A stretch of DNA of 37,654 bases from Candidatus Bathyarchaeota archaeon RBG_16_48_13 (GTDB lineage: Archaea > Thermoproteota > Bathyarchaeia > RBG-16-48-13). The stretch lies in NCBI GenBank assembly GCA_001775995.1, contig MEZH01000013.1:1-37654 (forward strand). The letters are read 5' to 3'. The notes beneath the pieces were generated by a model. That model did not search any database. It was not told the origin of the DNA and was given only the letters and a program-made list of their open reading frames with translations. Shown here in pieces: positions 1-9,754 of this stretch; the stretch's first letter is position 1, and every line of letters begins with the position of its first letter. The translations under genes and the position numbers were made by a program.

Positions 1-322
1 TTATCATGGAGATTCAGAACATCGGCGATGAATGAGGGACACGCGATTACGACCCTGCTTCTCAAAGTAGTATCGAGTCTAGCTATCGAATGTTGAAAGC
101 TTTCTGATCTGAAAACCTTTGAGAAGAGGCGCAGGCATGGTTCAAGGCATGCGCGGCGTAGGAGATTGATTCCCCGGGCCGGAAATTGACACGGCGATCT
201 GCCCCCTTATTCGGGAGCATAGTTGGAAAGCACCTGTGATTGTCATTTGACACCCACGCAACAATAAAAGCCCCAAACACAGATTGTAAGTCGTATATCA
301 GAATTCCAGGAGGAACGAAGGA

Positions 323-628
323 ATGGGATATGTAAGGGCACTATCCGTCAGAGACTTGACGCCCGGCACAATGACGAGGGTTGATGTGAACGGCAAGAAG
401 ATTCTGGTAGCAAATCTCAAAGGGGCGTATTACGCAATGGGCGACATCTGCATGCACAGGGGCTGCTCACTCTCTAACGGAACAATTTCTGGGGAGAATA
501 TTGAATGCCCATGCCACGGCTCGACCTACAGTATTGTGACGGGCAACATAGTGAGAGGCCCGACCACAAAGCCGGAACCAACATTCAAGGTTAAGATAGA
601 AGGGGATCTGATCATGGTTAGCGTCTGA
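323..628 (+). CDS. Stand-alone Rieske [2Fe-2S] ferredoxin (101 aa)
   Basis: CxH (CMHRGC) and CxxH (CPCHGS) Rieske ligand motifs; GGAGG-like RBS upstream. Confidence 0.92.
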   Translation: MGYVRALSVRDLTPGTMTRVDVNGKKILVANLKGAYYAMGDICMHRGCSLSNGTISGENIECPCHGSTYSIVTGNIVRGPTTKPEPTFKVKIEGDLIMVSV

Positions 629-833
629 CGACGCTGGTAACGTGCGGAACCTCCTTGGGGACTGACAGGGGTCGCCCCCGGTTCAAATGCGTTCAATGCC
701 AGCGCTGCCAACGCCAACATCAAAGACCACGCAACTCTCTGACTTAGTAGGGAGCAATCATTCCGCACATTCCTTGTGATCAGAAGCGAAATCTTTTACT
801 CAAGATTCAGACACCAACGGTTAGTGATGGCTT

Positions 834-3800
834 ATGGGCATCCCGATGCGAGAGCACGGTGAAGAGAGGCGCAAGTTCGGAATAGTCCTTGTGGGGGATA
901 TTCCTTGGGGCACTCATCTCTGCCAATTCTACGAGACAAAGCAAGACCTAATCGAGATTTTAGTACCTTACTTTGCGGAAGGGTTGAAGAATAACGAGTT
1001 CTGCATGTGGATTACCTCTCCGCCCCTTGAGGTGGAAGAAGCGAGACAGGCTCTTCTAAGAGCTGTTCCTGACCTTGATGAATACTCCAAGAAGGGACAG
1101 ATCGAATTACTCTCCTACAGGGATTGGCACCTGCTAGACGGCGAGTTTGACTCGAAAAGCGTGTTGCAGAGCTGGGTCGAAAAGGAAGAAGCCGCGTTGA
1201 AACGCGGATTCGAGGGATTACGGCTAACAGGCAACACTTTTTGGGTAGAACGAAAACTCTGGAAGAGTTTTGTCGATTATGAGGAAGCCATCAACTCGGT
1301 CATAGGGGAACACCGCATGATGGCATTATGTACTTATTGCCTCCAGAATTGCACCGGCACGGATGTACTCGACGTCGTGCGCAATCATATTGGAACACTG
1401 GTCAGGCAGGGTGACGAGTGGTATTTGGTCGAAGACGCGGCCAGGCGAAAGGCAGTGAGTGGGGCACTCAAGCTGAGCGATCAAAAATACCGCACGCTTC
1501 TTGAGAATATGGAGGATGGCTTCGCTTATCACAGGGTCTTGTTTGATGAAGCTCGGAAACCCGTGGACTACGTTTTCCTCGAAGTCAACGATGCCTTCGA
1601 ACGATTGACGGGTCTGCAGCGTGAAAACGTCGTGGGTAGAAGGGTGACCGAGATTCTTCCCGGCATGGAAAGAGATACTGCTGACTGGATAAATGTCTAC
1701 GGCAGAACTGCTTCGCCCGGCGAGCCAATGAGGTTTGACAGCTTTTCCGCGTCCCTTGGCAGATGGTACATGGTGTCCGCATTCTGCACGGAGAATGATC
1801 ACTTTGTTGCAACATTCGAAGATATCACTGAGCGCAAAAAAACGGAACAGTTGGTCCGCGAGAGCGAGGGGAGATATCGCGTTCTTGTGGATTCGGCGCC
1901 AGATGCCATACTCGTGCATCGTGAAGGCAATCTGCTCTACGCTAATCCAGCCGCTTTAGAGTTGTACGGCGCCAAGAGCTTCGACGAACTTGCGTCCCAC
2001 AACTTGTTGGAGCTAGTTCCCTCCGAAGATGTCGAAAAGTCAGCTGATCGTGCGAAGAAAGTCATGAACGGGCACAAACTGCCTTTGAGAGAAGCCAGGA
2101 TCATCAGGCTGGACGGAAAGATCATCCCAGTGGAGGTTATCTCAAACCTGGTCGAATACGGAGGGGATCGGGCCATCCAGGCGATCATTCGCGACGTTAG
2201 TGAGCGGATGAAGTCTGAAGAAGAGATTCGCCAACGGGATCAGCAATTGCAGGATATCATCGACAATTCACCAGGGTTGGTTTTCATCAAGGATCTGGAA
2301 GGTCGCTTCATCAAGGTCAACGCGAGGATGGCACAATTGTATGGCGTTTCGCAGACAGCATTCGTGGGCAAAACAGATTACGATCTTGGGTCGAAGGAGA
2401 AGTCCAATTACTACCGCGCCATAGACCGCCAAGTCATTGAATCGGGTGAATCCAAGCTGGTCGAGGAGGAGGACGTCTACCGGGACGGGCTTCGGCGGGT
2501 GTGGCTCACCTACAAATTTCCTCTTCATGATGCTGGAGGAAGACAATATGCGGTTTGTGGAATATCCACGGAGATAACTGAACGCAAGAAAACCGAAGAA
2601 GCATTGATTCAAAGCCTTGAAAGAGAACAATTGCTCGGGGACCTTGTTAGACATGCCTCCGTTGCTGTAGTCGTGGGCGACCTGATTGACAGAATTCTCA
2701 TGGTAAATCGCGCTTTTGAAGATCTCACGGGATACAGCGAAGAAGAACTGCTAAGAAATGGCTGGAAAACACCCCTTAACCCACCCGAATTCATAAAACT
2801 AACGGAAGCAAAGTTGGCAGAAGTTCGACGCACAGGGAAATCCGTGCATTATGAAAAAGAGTACGTTCGCAAAGACAGCTCCAGAGTACCAATAGAGCTA
2901 GTAGTAAATCCCTTTTTCGACAAAGACGGAAATGTGTCGCGATATTTCTCGTTCATAACGGATATCACCGAACGCAAGAAGGCTGGTGAAGAAATTGACC
3001 GACTTGCATCTTTTCCTGCGCTTAATCCCAACCCGGTTGTTGAGGTGGACTTCGGTGGTAACGTTTGGTTCGTCAATCCCGCAACCGAAGCTGTTTTCCC
3101 GGACCTTAAGAAGTCGGGCTTAAGCCACCCTTTCTTTTCCAACTGGGAGGGGGTTGTCAAGGCATTCATGGATGAAAAGAAAACAAATTTTGGCAAAGAA
3201 GAGAGGATCGGTGATCACTGGTACCATCAGCAGTTCTACCTCGCTCAAAAGGGTCAGCGTGTGCGAATCTATGCTGTAAACATCGACGAAAAGAAGCAGG
3301 CTGAAAATCAACTTCGAACACAGCTCGAGGAGTACTCCAAGAATTTAGAAAGAACGGTCGAGGAGAAGACAAAGCAGCTCAGTGACGCGGAACGCCTCGC
3401 AACCATTGGCCAGACAGCGGGGATGGTTGGTCACGACCTTCGGAACCCGTTACAAACGATTGAAGGGGCAATTTACCTCACCAAGGAAGAATTGAAGTCA
3501 CTACCGCCGGAAGATAAAGTGCGGCAGAACGCGCTGGAAACGTTGAGCTTCGTCGAGGAGCAGACCAACTACATGAACAAGATCGTTCAGGATTTGCAGG
3601 ACTTTGTGAGACCGATAACGCCTCAAGCTGAGATGATTGAGGTCAGAAGGATGGTAAAGAACGCGTTGCGTATGCTTGAGATCCCCAATAACGTCAAGGT
3701 CTCGTCAACGCTGAAGGACGTGGCGAGGATAGTGGCCGACCCACAGTTGATGACGCGGGTTCTCTACAACCTAATCGCAAACGCGCTTCAAGCCATGCCA

Positions 3801-4064
3801 ATGGGAGGAAAACTAATGCTGAGCGCGCGTACAGATGATGGCGCAGTCCTTCTAAGCGTCTCCGATACGGGTGTCGGGATCCCTGACAACGTGAAGGCTA
3901 AGATCTTCACGCCACTCTTCACGACCAAGGCAAAGGGGCAAGGATTTGGGCTCGCGGTCGCGAAACGCCTCGTGGAAGCTCACGATGGCACCATTACTTT
4001 CGAGAGTGAAGCGGGAAAAGGAACGACCTTCAAGATTAGAATTCCGCGGGGAAAGGTGCGCTAG
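834..4064 (+). CDS. Cytoplasmic sensor histidine kinase: MEDS - four PAS/PAC - degenerate PAS - HisKA - HATPase_c
   Basis: N-terminal GTHLCQFYET...FCMWIT (MEDS); repeated PAS/PAC ends (DITERKK); H-box GMVGHDLRNPLQ; N-box NLIANALQAM; G boxes DTGVGIP and FTTKAKGQGFGL; no TM segment. Confidence 0.93.
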   Translation: MGIPMREHGEERRKFGIVLVGDIPWGTHLCQFYETKQDLIEILVPYFAEGLKNNEFCMWITSPPLEVEEARQALLRAVPDLDEYSKKGQIELLSYRDWHLLDGEFDSKSVLQSWVEKEEAALKRGFEGLRLTGNTFWVERKLWKSFVDYEEAINSVIGEHRMMALCTYCLQNCTGTDVLDVVRNHIGTLVRQGDEWYLVEDAARRKAVSGALKLSDQKYRTLLENMEDGFAYHRVLFDEARKPVDYVFLEVNDAFERLTGLQRENVVGRRVTEILPGMERDTADWINVYGRTASPGEPMRFDSFSASLGRWYMVSAFCTENDHFVATFEDITERKKTEQLVRESEGRYRVLVDSAPDAILVHREGNLLYANPAALELYGAKSFDELASHNLLELVPSEDVEKSADRAKKVMNGHKLPLREARIIRLDGKIIPVEVISNLVEYGGDRAIQAIIRDVSERMKSEEEIRQRDQQLQDIIDNSPGLVFIKDLEGRFIKVNARMAQLYGVSQTAFVGKTDYDLGSKEKSNYYRAIDRQVIESGESKLVEEEDVYRDGLRRVWLTYKFPLHDAGGRQYAVCGISTEITERKKTEEALIQSLEREQLLGDLVRHASVAVVVGDLIDRILMVNRAFEDLTGYSEEELLRNGWKTPLNPPEFIKLTEAKLAEVRRTGKSVHYEKEYVRKDSSRVPIELVVNPFFDKDGNVSRYFSFITDITERKKAGEEIDRLASFPALNPNPVVEVDFGGNVWFVNPATEAVFPDLKKSGLSHPFFSNWEGVVKAFMDEKKTNFGKEERIGDHWYHQQFYLAQKGQRVRIYAVNIDEKKQAENQLRTQLEEYSKNLERTVEEKTKQLSDAERLATIGQTAGMVGHDLRNPLQTIEGAIYLTKEELKSLPPEDKVRQNALETLSFVEEQTNYMNKIVQDLQDFVRPITPQAEMIEVRRMVKNALRMLEIPNNVKVSSTLKDVARIVADPQLMTRVLYNLIANALQAMPMGGKLMLSARTDDGAVLLSVSDTGVGIPDNVKAKIFTPLFTTKAKGQGFGLAVAKRLVEAHDGTITFESEAGKGTTFKIRIPRGKVR

Positions 4065-4246
4065 CGAAGGTGCGTTAGATCCTAGTCCAAGGAGGATTTT
4101 GGAGTTGCCCTACGGGCGTCACATCTCCGGAGCTCAGCCCCCTTTGCCATGTCTTCCTGAATCGTTAAATAATCATGACGATCCCGGGGGGAGCAAATTG
4201 CCCTCTTGAAGGATTGATGGTGAGAAAAAAAGAAGAAGGGAGTCCG

Positions 4247-4948
4247 CTACTTCTTGGCCGCCTTCTGCAGATATGCCCGCATCTGTTTTGCCTCCTTTTT
4301 GAAGGGCTCCCAGTCGCAGTCTTGTGCGTGTATCATGGTGCTCCATCTTGAGGTAAGACTCGCGAGGTAGTAGGTCTCTGCCAACTCTTCATAGGTGGCA
4401 CCGTGGTACTCCCATCGCGGTGTGCATGAGTTGACATTAGACGCGCCGACTCTCCCATGCGCCCAAAGGATCATCAGGGCTGCGTAGTAAATCATCCCGA
4501 GTACACCCATCCACACGCACATGTTGTATATCGCCGGCGAGAGTAGGGGGTTGTACATCGGATTCGCTGTCAGCGGATAAAATGGGTGTATATCGTCATA
4601 AAGTGGGGAGTCAAACAGTACGTGGAGCATCGCACCCGCGGCGCCCGCGACAACGAAGAAGACCAATTTCGACCCGTTGCCCTCCTCCAATCGAAGCGCG
4701 GCGTAGAAGGAGTGTAGGTATCCCCGGACCATGAACATTGCGCAGCCGAGGGCGACGCCCATGATTGAGGAAAGGAGCAACGTATGCAAGATTCCATGCA
4801 GCGGATATGACAGATTAAGATAAAGCACAAGGAAGGGCTTGACGTCAACCGCGACGCTTGCCAAGATGAAGGTGGGTGCGTGAATGTGCTTTCTCAGGGG
4901 GAGCCCGAAGGCCAGCGCCGGGCCGAAGTGGAAGGGAGTGAATGGCAC
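4247..4948 (-). CDS. Membrane-bound metal-dependent hydrolase-like protein (YdjM/DUF4184-like) with extra hydrophilic C-terminal tail
   Basis: MPFTPFH start, D(V)KPF, LHGILHTL and HVLFDSPLYDDIHPFYP motifs; several hydrophobic segments. Confidence 0.75.
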   Translation of the reverse strand: MPFTPFHFGPALAFGLPLRKHIHAPTFILASVAVDVKPFLVLYLNLSYPLHGILHTLLLSSIMGVALGCAMFMVRGYLHSFYAALRLEEGNGSKLVFFVVAGAAGAMLHVLFDSPLYDDIHPFYPLTANPMYNPLLSPAIYNMCVWMGVLGMIYYAALMILWAHGRVGASNVNSCTPRWEYHGATYEELAETYYLASLTSRWSTMIHAQDCDWEPFKKEAKQMRAYLQKAAKK

Positions 4949-5140
4949 GGTTCATCGCCTACTCATTGATATGACCCGGAAGGAGATGAATTTTGGGTAC
5001 AGGCGTCCGCTTCCAGCAGGAATTCCCCCATTGCTCAGATTCTTCATCAGAGTCCTTGGAACTGAATTCTCACGAGGAAAGAATTCAAGAAACTCGGTCC
5101 AAATCCTTTTGAAATAACACAATCGACTGCCATCAACATG

Positions 5141-5148
5141 TTTATATG
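5141..5148 (+). promoter_or_regulatory. Candidate archaeal TATA box
   Basis: TTTATATG about 30 nt upstream of ATG 5176. Confidence 0.45.
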
Positions 5149-5175
5149 TATTCTTCTTAGAACATCTCAGTCAAG

Positions 5176-5670
5176 ATGAGATTTATGGCCCTACCCTCAG
5201 AGTTCTTGACTGCTTTACTTCTGTGGTTTGTTCGCGCCTTCATATCGAGCTTGATCTGCTTGATTATCGGGATCATTGGAATAAAGATCATCACAATAAT
5301 GACAACCAAGATCTCCGAGTTCAAGACGATCAAGGGAGACCCAATTGGAACAGGGCTCTTTGTCAGCGGCTTTCTTGTCTTCGCCGGACTCGTCGTTTAT
5401 GGATCGATGGTCAATCCCTTCTTCCTATCTCAGTCGGTGGTTTTCAGCTCCTATTTCAACATCCAGCGCCTCCTCGTTGTGTCCCTGAGCTTCTTCGTTA
5501 GCCTCTTCTTCGGCTGGCTCTTCTACACCGTCTTTGCGAGGCTGACGCCGTTCGGGATGGATCTGGACGACGTGAACAAGTCTCCGATCGCTGTAGGAAT
5601 TTTCCTTTTCGGCTACGAAGTTTTTCTTGGGTTGATCATCTACGGAAGCCTCATGATACCGCTTGGTTAG
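5176..5670 (+). CDS. Four-TM membrane protein with two DUF350-like halves
   Basis: Internal repeat TKISEFKTIKGDPIGTGLFVSGFLV / TPFGMDLDDVNKSPIAVGIFLFGYEV, each following a TM helix. Confidence 0.6.
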   Translation: MRFMALPSEFLTALLLWFVRAFISSLICLIIGIIGIKIITIMTTKISEFKTIKGDPIGTGLFVSGFLVFAGLVVYGSMVNPFFLSQSVVFSSYFNIQRLLVVSLSFFVSLFFGWLFYTVFARLTPFGMDLDDVNKSPIAVGIFLFGYEVFLGLIIYGSLMIPLG

Positions 5671-5683
5671 AAGAGGAAAAGGC

Positions 5684-6757
5684 ATGAACTGGCAGAGATC
5701 ACTCACAGTGGGAGTTATTGCAGCTCTAGCTTTTTCCTCACTGATTTCGGTCTACGCGATTCCGAGTGGAGGCATGTTCCCCCCTCGCTTCACCTTCCAC
5801 AACGAAGGATGGTACGATACCTGGGGGTACAGAAGAGATTACTACTTGGCCAGCGACAACGGGTTCCTCCCTAATGTCGCGTACGAATCGCTTGGGCCGG
5901 ACAGAGAAAAGGCGTACGGCATAGGAGAATGGTTCAAGGCGAATTACCCACAGAAGACGCAGAGGGCCGAAGCCATCCTTGCCTATGTTCAGAGATGGAC
6001 CGACTACGGATACGACTCAGACAACGTCTATATGAACGGAGAATCTCAGCCTGAGTGGGCTTGGAACGCAGATGAGTCAGCTCACATGTTCAATGAAAAC
6101 ACAGGCGAGGTCGCCATCGGGGACTGCGAGGACATGGCTTTCCTGTGCTCCACGATCTACTTGGCGGCTGGTTTTGACGTGACTCTGGTTTCGCCTGAAT
6201 CGCATGTTGCACTGATGATTTGGCTTCCAGAATACGACGACGCAAACCAATACTGGGACCTTGACGACGGCCGAGGGAAGGGCTGGATCTGGGTCGAGGC
6301 GACCGGGGAGGATAATCCCCTGGGTTGGACCCCTCCTGATTTCACTGACGGCAACTTCGAGGTTTATCCCCTGGGATTTTCAAGGTTCAACGTTGAATTG
6401 TCCCCTCAATACCCTCAAGCTGAGGATGACGTCGAGGTAGTTGCCAGCATCGTCAGCGCCCGAGGAACGGTGAGCAAAGCATACTTGAGCTACTCCATCG
6501 GGGGCACCAACAAAGCGGTTCAGATGACGCCCAGCGGATCGAATTTCGAGGCGGTGATCCCGGCGCAATCCGACGGGACCACTATTGCCGGCGCCGTTAA
6601 CGCGACTGATACCTATGGCTTTACGTCGGAATACTCCTTTGAATACGTGGTTGGACAGCAGGGAGGTTTCGATCTCTCTTCACCTCTTATCGAGACGGTT
6701 CTCGGATTCCTTGTCATACTCGTAGTCGTGTTCTTGTTGAGAGGGAAGAAGACCTGA
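5684..6757 (+). CDS. Exported, C-terminally membrane-anchored transglutaminase-like (Cys-His-acid) protein
   Basis: Signal peptide from ATG 5684 (ORF track starts at 5663); GDCEDMA, SHVAL and WIWVEAT motifs; beta-rich domain, then TM helix and basic tail LRGKKT. Confidence 0.75.
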   Translation: MNWQRSLTVGVIAALAFSSLISVYAIPSGGMFPPRFTFHNEGWYDTWGYRRDYYLASDNGFLPNVAYESLGPDREKAYGIGEWFKANYPQKTQRAEAILAYVQRWTDYGYDSDNVYMNGESQPEWAWNADESAHMFNENTGEVAIGDCEDMAFLCSTIYLAAGFDVTLVSPESHVALMIWLPEYDDANQYWDLDDGRGKGWIWVEATGEDNPLGWTPPDFTDGNFEVYPLGFSRFNVELSPQYPQAEDDVEVVASIVSARGTVSKAYLSYSIGGTNKAVQMTPSGSNFEAVIPAQSDGTTIAGAVNATDTYGFTSEYSFEYVVGQQGGFDLSSPLIETVLGFLVILVVVFLLRGKKT

Positions 6758-6812
6758 AACGCCGACGCTGCACAGGACCGGAAAGCAAGCGTTCGTGAGG
6801 GATGAGACTAGG

Positions 6813-7643
6813 ATGTCCAAGAAGGATAGATACGGGGACGTATTGTCACATCTGATCGACGGATTTCTGAAGACGGGCAACGAAGAAGAGTTGGCGGAAT
6901 ATCTCTCATCAAATAGCAATCTTCCAGGTCCCAGAGGCAATCTGGAGCTCGCCTATTCGTTCGCCGAAGCAATTGAGGATCGCACAGTCCGAGATTCCCG
7001 CAAAATATGGGAGCTCGCGACAAGACTGAGCCGCATTTCAGCAAGCGAGGCTCCGGTTAACGACCCAAAGGAATTCCTTTCGTTTTGCGGAGCCATCTCG
7101 ATAGGAGCCATCGGCTCGGTTCACAAGGCATTTAGCAAAAGCGCGTTCGGCCTATTGAAGAAGATGGCAGATGACTCGCGCTGGAGGATGCGGGAAGGCG
7201 TTGCCATGGGTATTCAGAAATTGGTCGCGAAACAAGGCCAGTCCGCTTTGAAGGAGTTGGATGGCTGGATTGGCGAGAATGAGTGGCTCTCAATGAGGGC
7301 CGTTGCGGCTGGAGTAGCTGAACCGGCTCTGCTTAAGGACGGGAAAACCGCCAGAATCGCCCTGGAGTTGCACAAGAAGATATTCGACCGGGTACTTGCA
7401 GCCAAGGCCCGGAAAAGCGATGAGTTCAAGACGCTGAGACAGGCATTGGGGTATTCTTTGAGCGTGGTGGCATGCGCCACCCCAGAGGCGGGTTTCGAGT
7501 TTATGCGGCGAATCATAGACACGAAAGACGCAGATATTCTGTGGGTGGTGAAGGAAAACCTGAAGAAAAACAGGTTGACCAGGAGCTTCCCAAGCGAAGT
7601 GACGGAAATGGAGAGGCGGCTAATTCAGGAACCCCGTCACTGA
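6813..7643 (+). CDS. HEAT/ARM-repeat protein, DNA-alkylation-repair-like
   Basis: All-helical; NSNLPGPRGNLELA and DSRWRMREGVAMG motifs; ATG 6813 preferred over GTG 6795. Confidence 0.55.
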   Translation: MSKKDRYGDVLSHLIDGFLKTGNEEELAEYLSSNSNLPGPRGNLELAYSFAEAIEDRTVRDSRKIWELATRLSRISASEAPVNDPKEFLSFCGAISIGAIGSVHKAFSKSAFGLLKKMADDSRWRMREGVAMGIQKLVAKQGQSALKELDGWIGENEWLSMRAVAAGVAEPALLKDGKTARIALELHKKIFDRVLAAKARKSDEFKTLRQALGYSLSVVACATPEAGFEFMRRIIDTKDADILWVVKENLKKNRLTRSFPSEVTEMERRLIQEPRH

Positions 7644-7732
7644 CTTGATTCTTCTTTGTCCAATTCACGAGGCTTTCCTTTTTCTTTGACTATATGGAGA
7701 TCTGCTTTCTGGAAGTTGGCGCGAGCCAGACA

Positions 7733-7742
7733 TTAAATATAA
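7733..7742 (+). promoter_or_regulatory. Candidate TATA box
   Basis: TTAAATATAA about 40 nt upstream of ATG 7781. Confidence 0.4.
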
Positions 7743-7780
7743 TTGAAACGCCAACATTGTTCTATAGCAGACCTGAGACT

Positions 7781-9247
7781 ATGAAGACAAAGAAATTTAC
7801 AATCCTCCACTCAAACGACATGCACGGCGACTTCTTAGCGGAAATCCAAGGACAGGGAGGCAAACTCATCGGCGGCCTATCCCTCCTGTCGGGTTACATC
7901 AACAAGGTGAGACAAGAAGAAGAAAACGTGCTCTACGTCATATCGGGAGACATGGTTCAAGGCTCCCTCATAGACACCGAATACAAGGGAATCTCAACCA
8001 TGGAAATCATGAATTATCTAGCCCCCGACGTCGTCGCCTTAGGCAACCACGAATTCGATTACGGCTTGCCCCATCTGCTATTCCTTGAGAAGATGGCCAA
8101 TTTCCCAATAGTCAACGCCAACCTGTACATCAAACAGTACAACAAAAGACTCATGCAATCTCACTTGATCCTCAAAAAAGCAGGCTTTGACATTCTCTTC
8201 ACTGGAATAATCACCGAAAAAGTCATGGACTCTCTAAGGCAAGACGAACTCATCAGCAGCTTTGTGACCTTGGAAGAAGCCAGCCAGGAAATCGGAAAAA
8301 TATGCAACGCGTACAAGAACGACGACATAGACCTGACGGTCATTCTAACCCACATAGGCTTCGAATCGGACTTGGAGCTGGCAAAGCTGATCAGCACTGA
8401 GGCGGGCGTTGACATCATCATCGGCGGCCACTCCCACACGATCCTCAAGGAACCAGCCGTAGTAAACAACATAGTAATCGTTCAAGCAGGGGTCGGAACT
8501 GACCAGATCGGGCGCCTGGACATCGTAGTTGACGACGACACCAACAAAATAGTTGACTACTCCTGGCGCTTGATTCCAATTGACAGCAACTTAGCCGAGC
8601 CGGACCCCAAGCTGGAAAAGTTCATCAGCCAATTCCAGGAGGCGGTGGATAACAAGTACAATGCAATAATAGGCAAACTCGCAGTTCCCCTGACTCATCC
8701 AATCCGCGAAGTGGAGACTTCGCTGGGCAACCTGGTTGCTGACGCTTTTGCAGAGAGAGCCGAATGTGATGTTGCTCTTGTCGGAAGCGGGTCAATACGG
8801 ACTAAAGAGATTGGACCCGTAATCACCCTCAAAGACCTGCATAGTTGTTTCCCGTTCGATGATTCTATTTCAAAATACTCAATAAACGGACTCCGTTTGA
8901 GGACTGTTTTCAGCCACATTATGCGTGCCGAAAACCGAAACGGAGAAGGGGAATGCTACCAAGTAAACAGCAGCGTCAGAGCAATATACGACGAGACTCG
9001 CCGGCAACTTGTATCGCTAAGAATAGATGAGAACGAGGTTCCCAACGACAGGCTCTACACGGTCTGCTTGCAGGGATACCACTTCAAGAACTCAATAGCC
9101 AACCTGAGCCTTTCACAAGGGCAGCTGGCAGAAGCCCGCAGTCCCAAGCTGGTGTCCACCTCAGCCCAAGACGTTCTTGTGGAGTACATTCGAAATAACC
9201 AGAACATCAAGAAACAAGTCGAAGGAAGACTCACCTTCTTTCGCTGA
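7781..9247 (+). CDS. Cytoplasmic bifunctional 5'-nucleotidase / metallophosphoesterase (UshA/CpdB family)
   Basis: HSNDMHG, SGDMVQGS, LGNHEFDYG, LTHIG and GGHSH metallophosphatase motifs plus 5'-nucleotidase C-terminal domain; no signal peptide. Confidence 0.9.
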   Translation: MKTKKFTILHSNDMHGDFLAEIQGQGGKLIGGLSLLSGYINKVRQEEENVLYVISGDMVQGSLIDTEYKGISTMEIMNYLAPDVVALGNHEFDYGLPHLLFLEKMANFPIVNANLYIKQYNKRLMQSHLILKKAGFDILFTGIITEKVMDSLRQDELISSFVTLEEASQEIGKICNAYKNDDIDLTVILTHIGFESDLELAKLISTEAGVDIIIGGHSHTILKEPAVVNNIVIVQAGVGTDQIGRLDIVVDDDTNKIVDYSWRLIPIDSNLAEPDPKLEKFISQFQEAVDNKYNAIIGKLAVPLTHPIREVETSLGNLVADAFAERAECDVALVGSGSIRTKEIGPVITLKDLHSCFPFDDSISKYSINGLRLRTVFSHIMRAENRNGEGECYQVNSSVRAIYDETRRQLVSLRIDENEVPNDRLYTVCLQGYHFKNSIANLSLSQGQLAEARSPKLVSTSAQDVLVEYIRNNQNIKKQVEGRLTFFR

Positions 9248-9362
9248 GGATGCCGCGCGCGTGCGCCAAGAAATGTATATCTACTGACTGCAAAGAGATT
9301 AGTGATTTAGGCAAACGAGTTAGCATTGTTTGTACCTTTTAGGTTAGGAGGAAAATGAAAGG

Positions 9363-9734
9363 ATGACGATCGTGAAGTTGGAGCTCCGAAAAGAAATAGT
9401 AATTCATGAATATACTGCCTACAAGGACGCAAATGAACTAATCAATACCGAAATAGGCGAACATCAGTCAGGAGCGACTTTTACTGGACTCAAATGGGTT
9501 GATGGGATTCTTCTAAAATTCACTCCCCTTCCTTTGAACGAAATCACCACCAAAGAACTCATAGAAGGAAGAGTTCATTGGGATCATATGTCATTCGCAC
9601 TATCGGCCAATTATCAAGAGCGTATCAGTACGGGAAGAGGCCCTACTGTGACCGTCAGTAACGTGAGTAAGAACCCAGACTACATAGAAGTTGCCAAGTT
9701 CATAAAGGAAAAACTTTTCGCCGAGAAAGAATAG
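9363..9734 (+). CDS. Hypothetical protein (123 aa), soluble alpha/beta
   Basis: AGGAGG RBS upstream, protein-like composition, 20 nt before the radical SAM gene. Confidence 0.7.
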   Translation: MTIVKLELRKEIVIHEYTAYKDANELINTEIGEHQSGATFTGLKWVDGILLKFTPLPLNEITTKELIEGRVHWDHMSFALSANYQERISTGRGPTVTVSNVSKNPDYIEVAKFIKEKLFAEKE

Positions 9735-9754
9735 CATTTGGGAGCGCGCGCGAT

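Noticed and set aside
676-700. tRNA-like GGTTCAAAT T-loop sequence
   Set aside because: Flanks do not form a T-stem and there is no cloverleaf or acceptor stem.
1326-1959. ORFs overlapping the kinase (1326-1919, 1585-1815, 1735-1959)
   Set aside because: Antisense or alternative-frame shadows of a well-supported CDS, with no motifs.
5020-5087. Three clustered GAATTC sites
   Set aside because: Short palindromes with irregular spacing; no repeat array structure.
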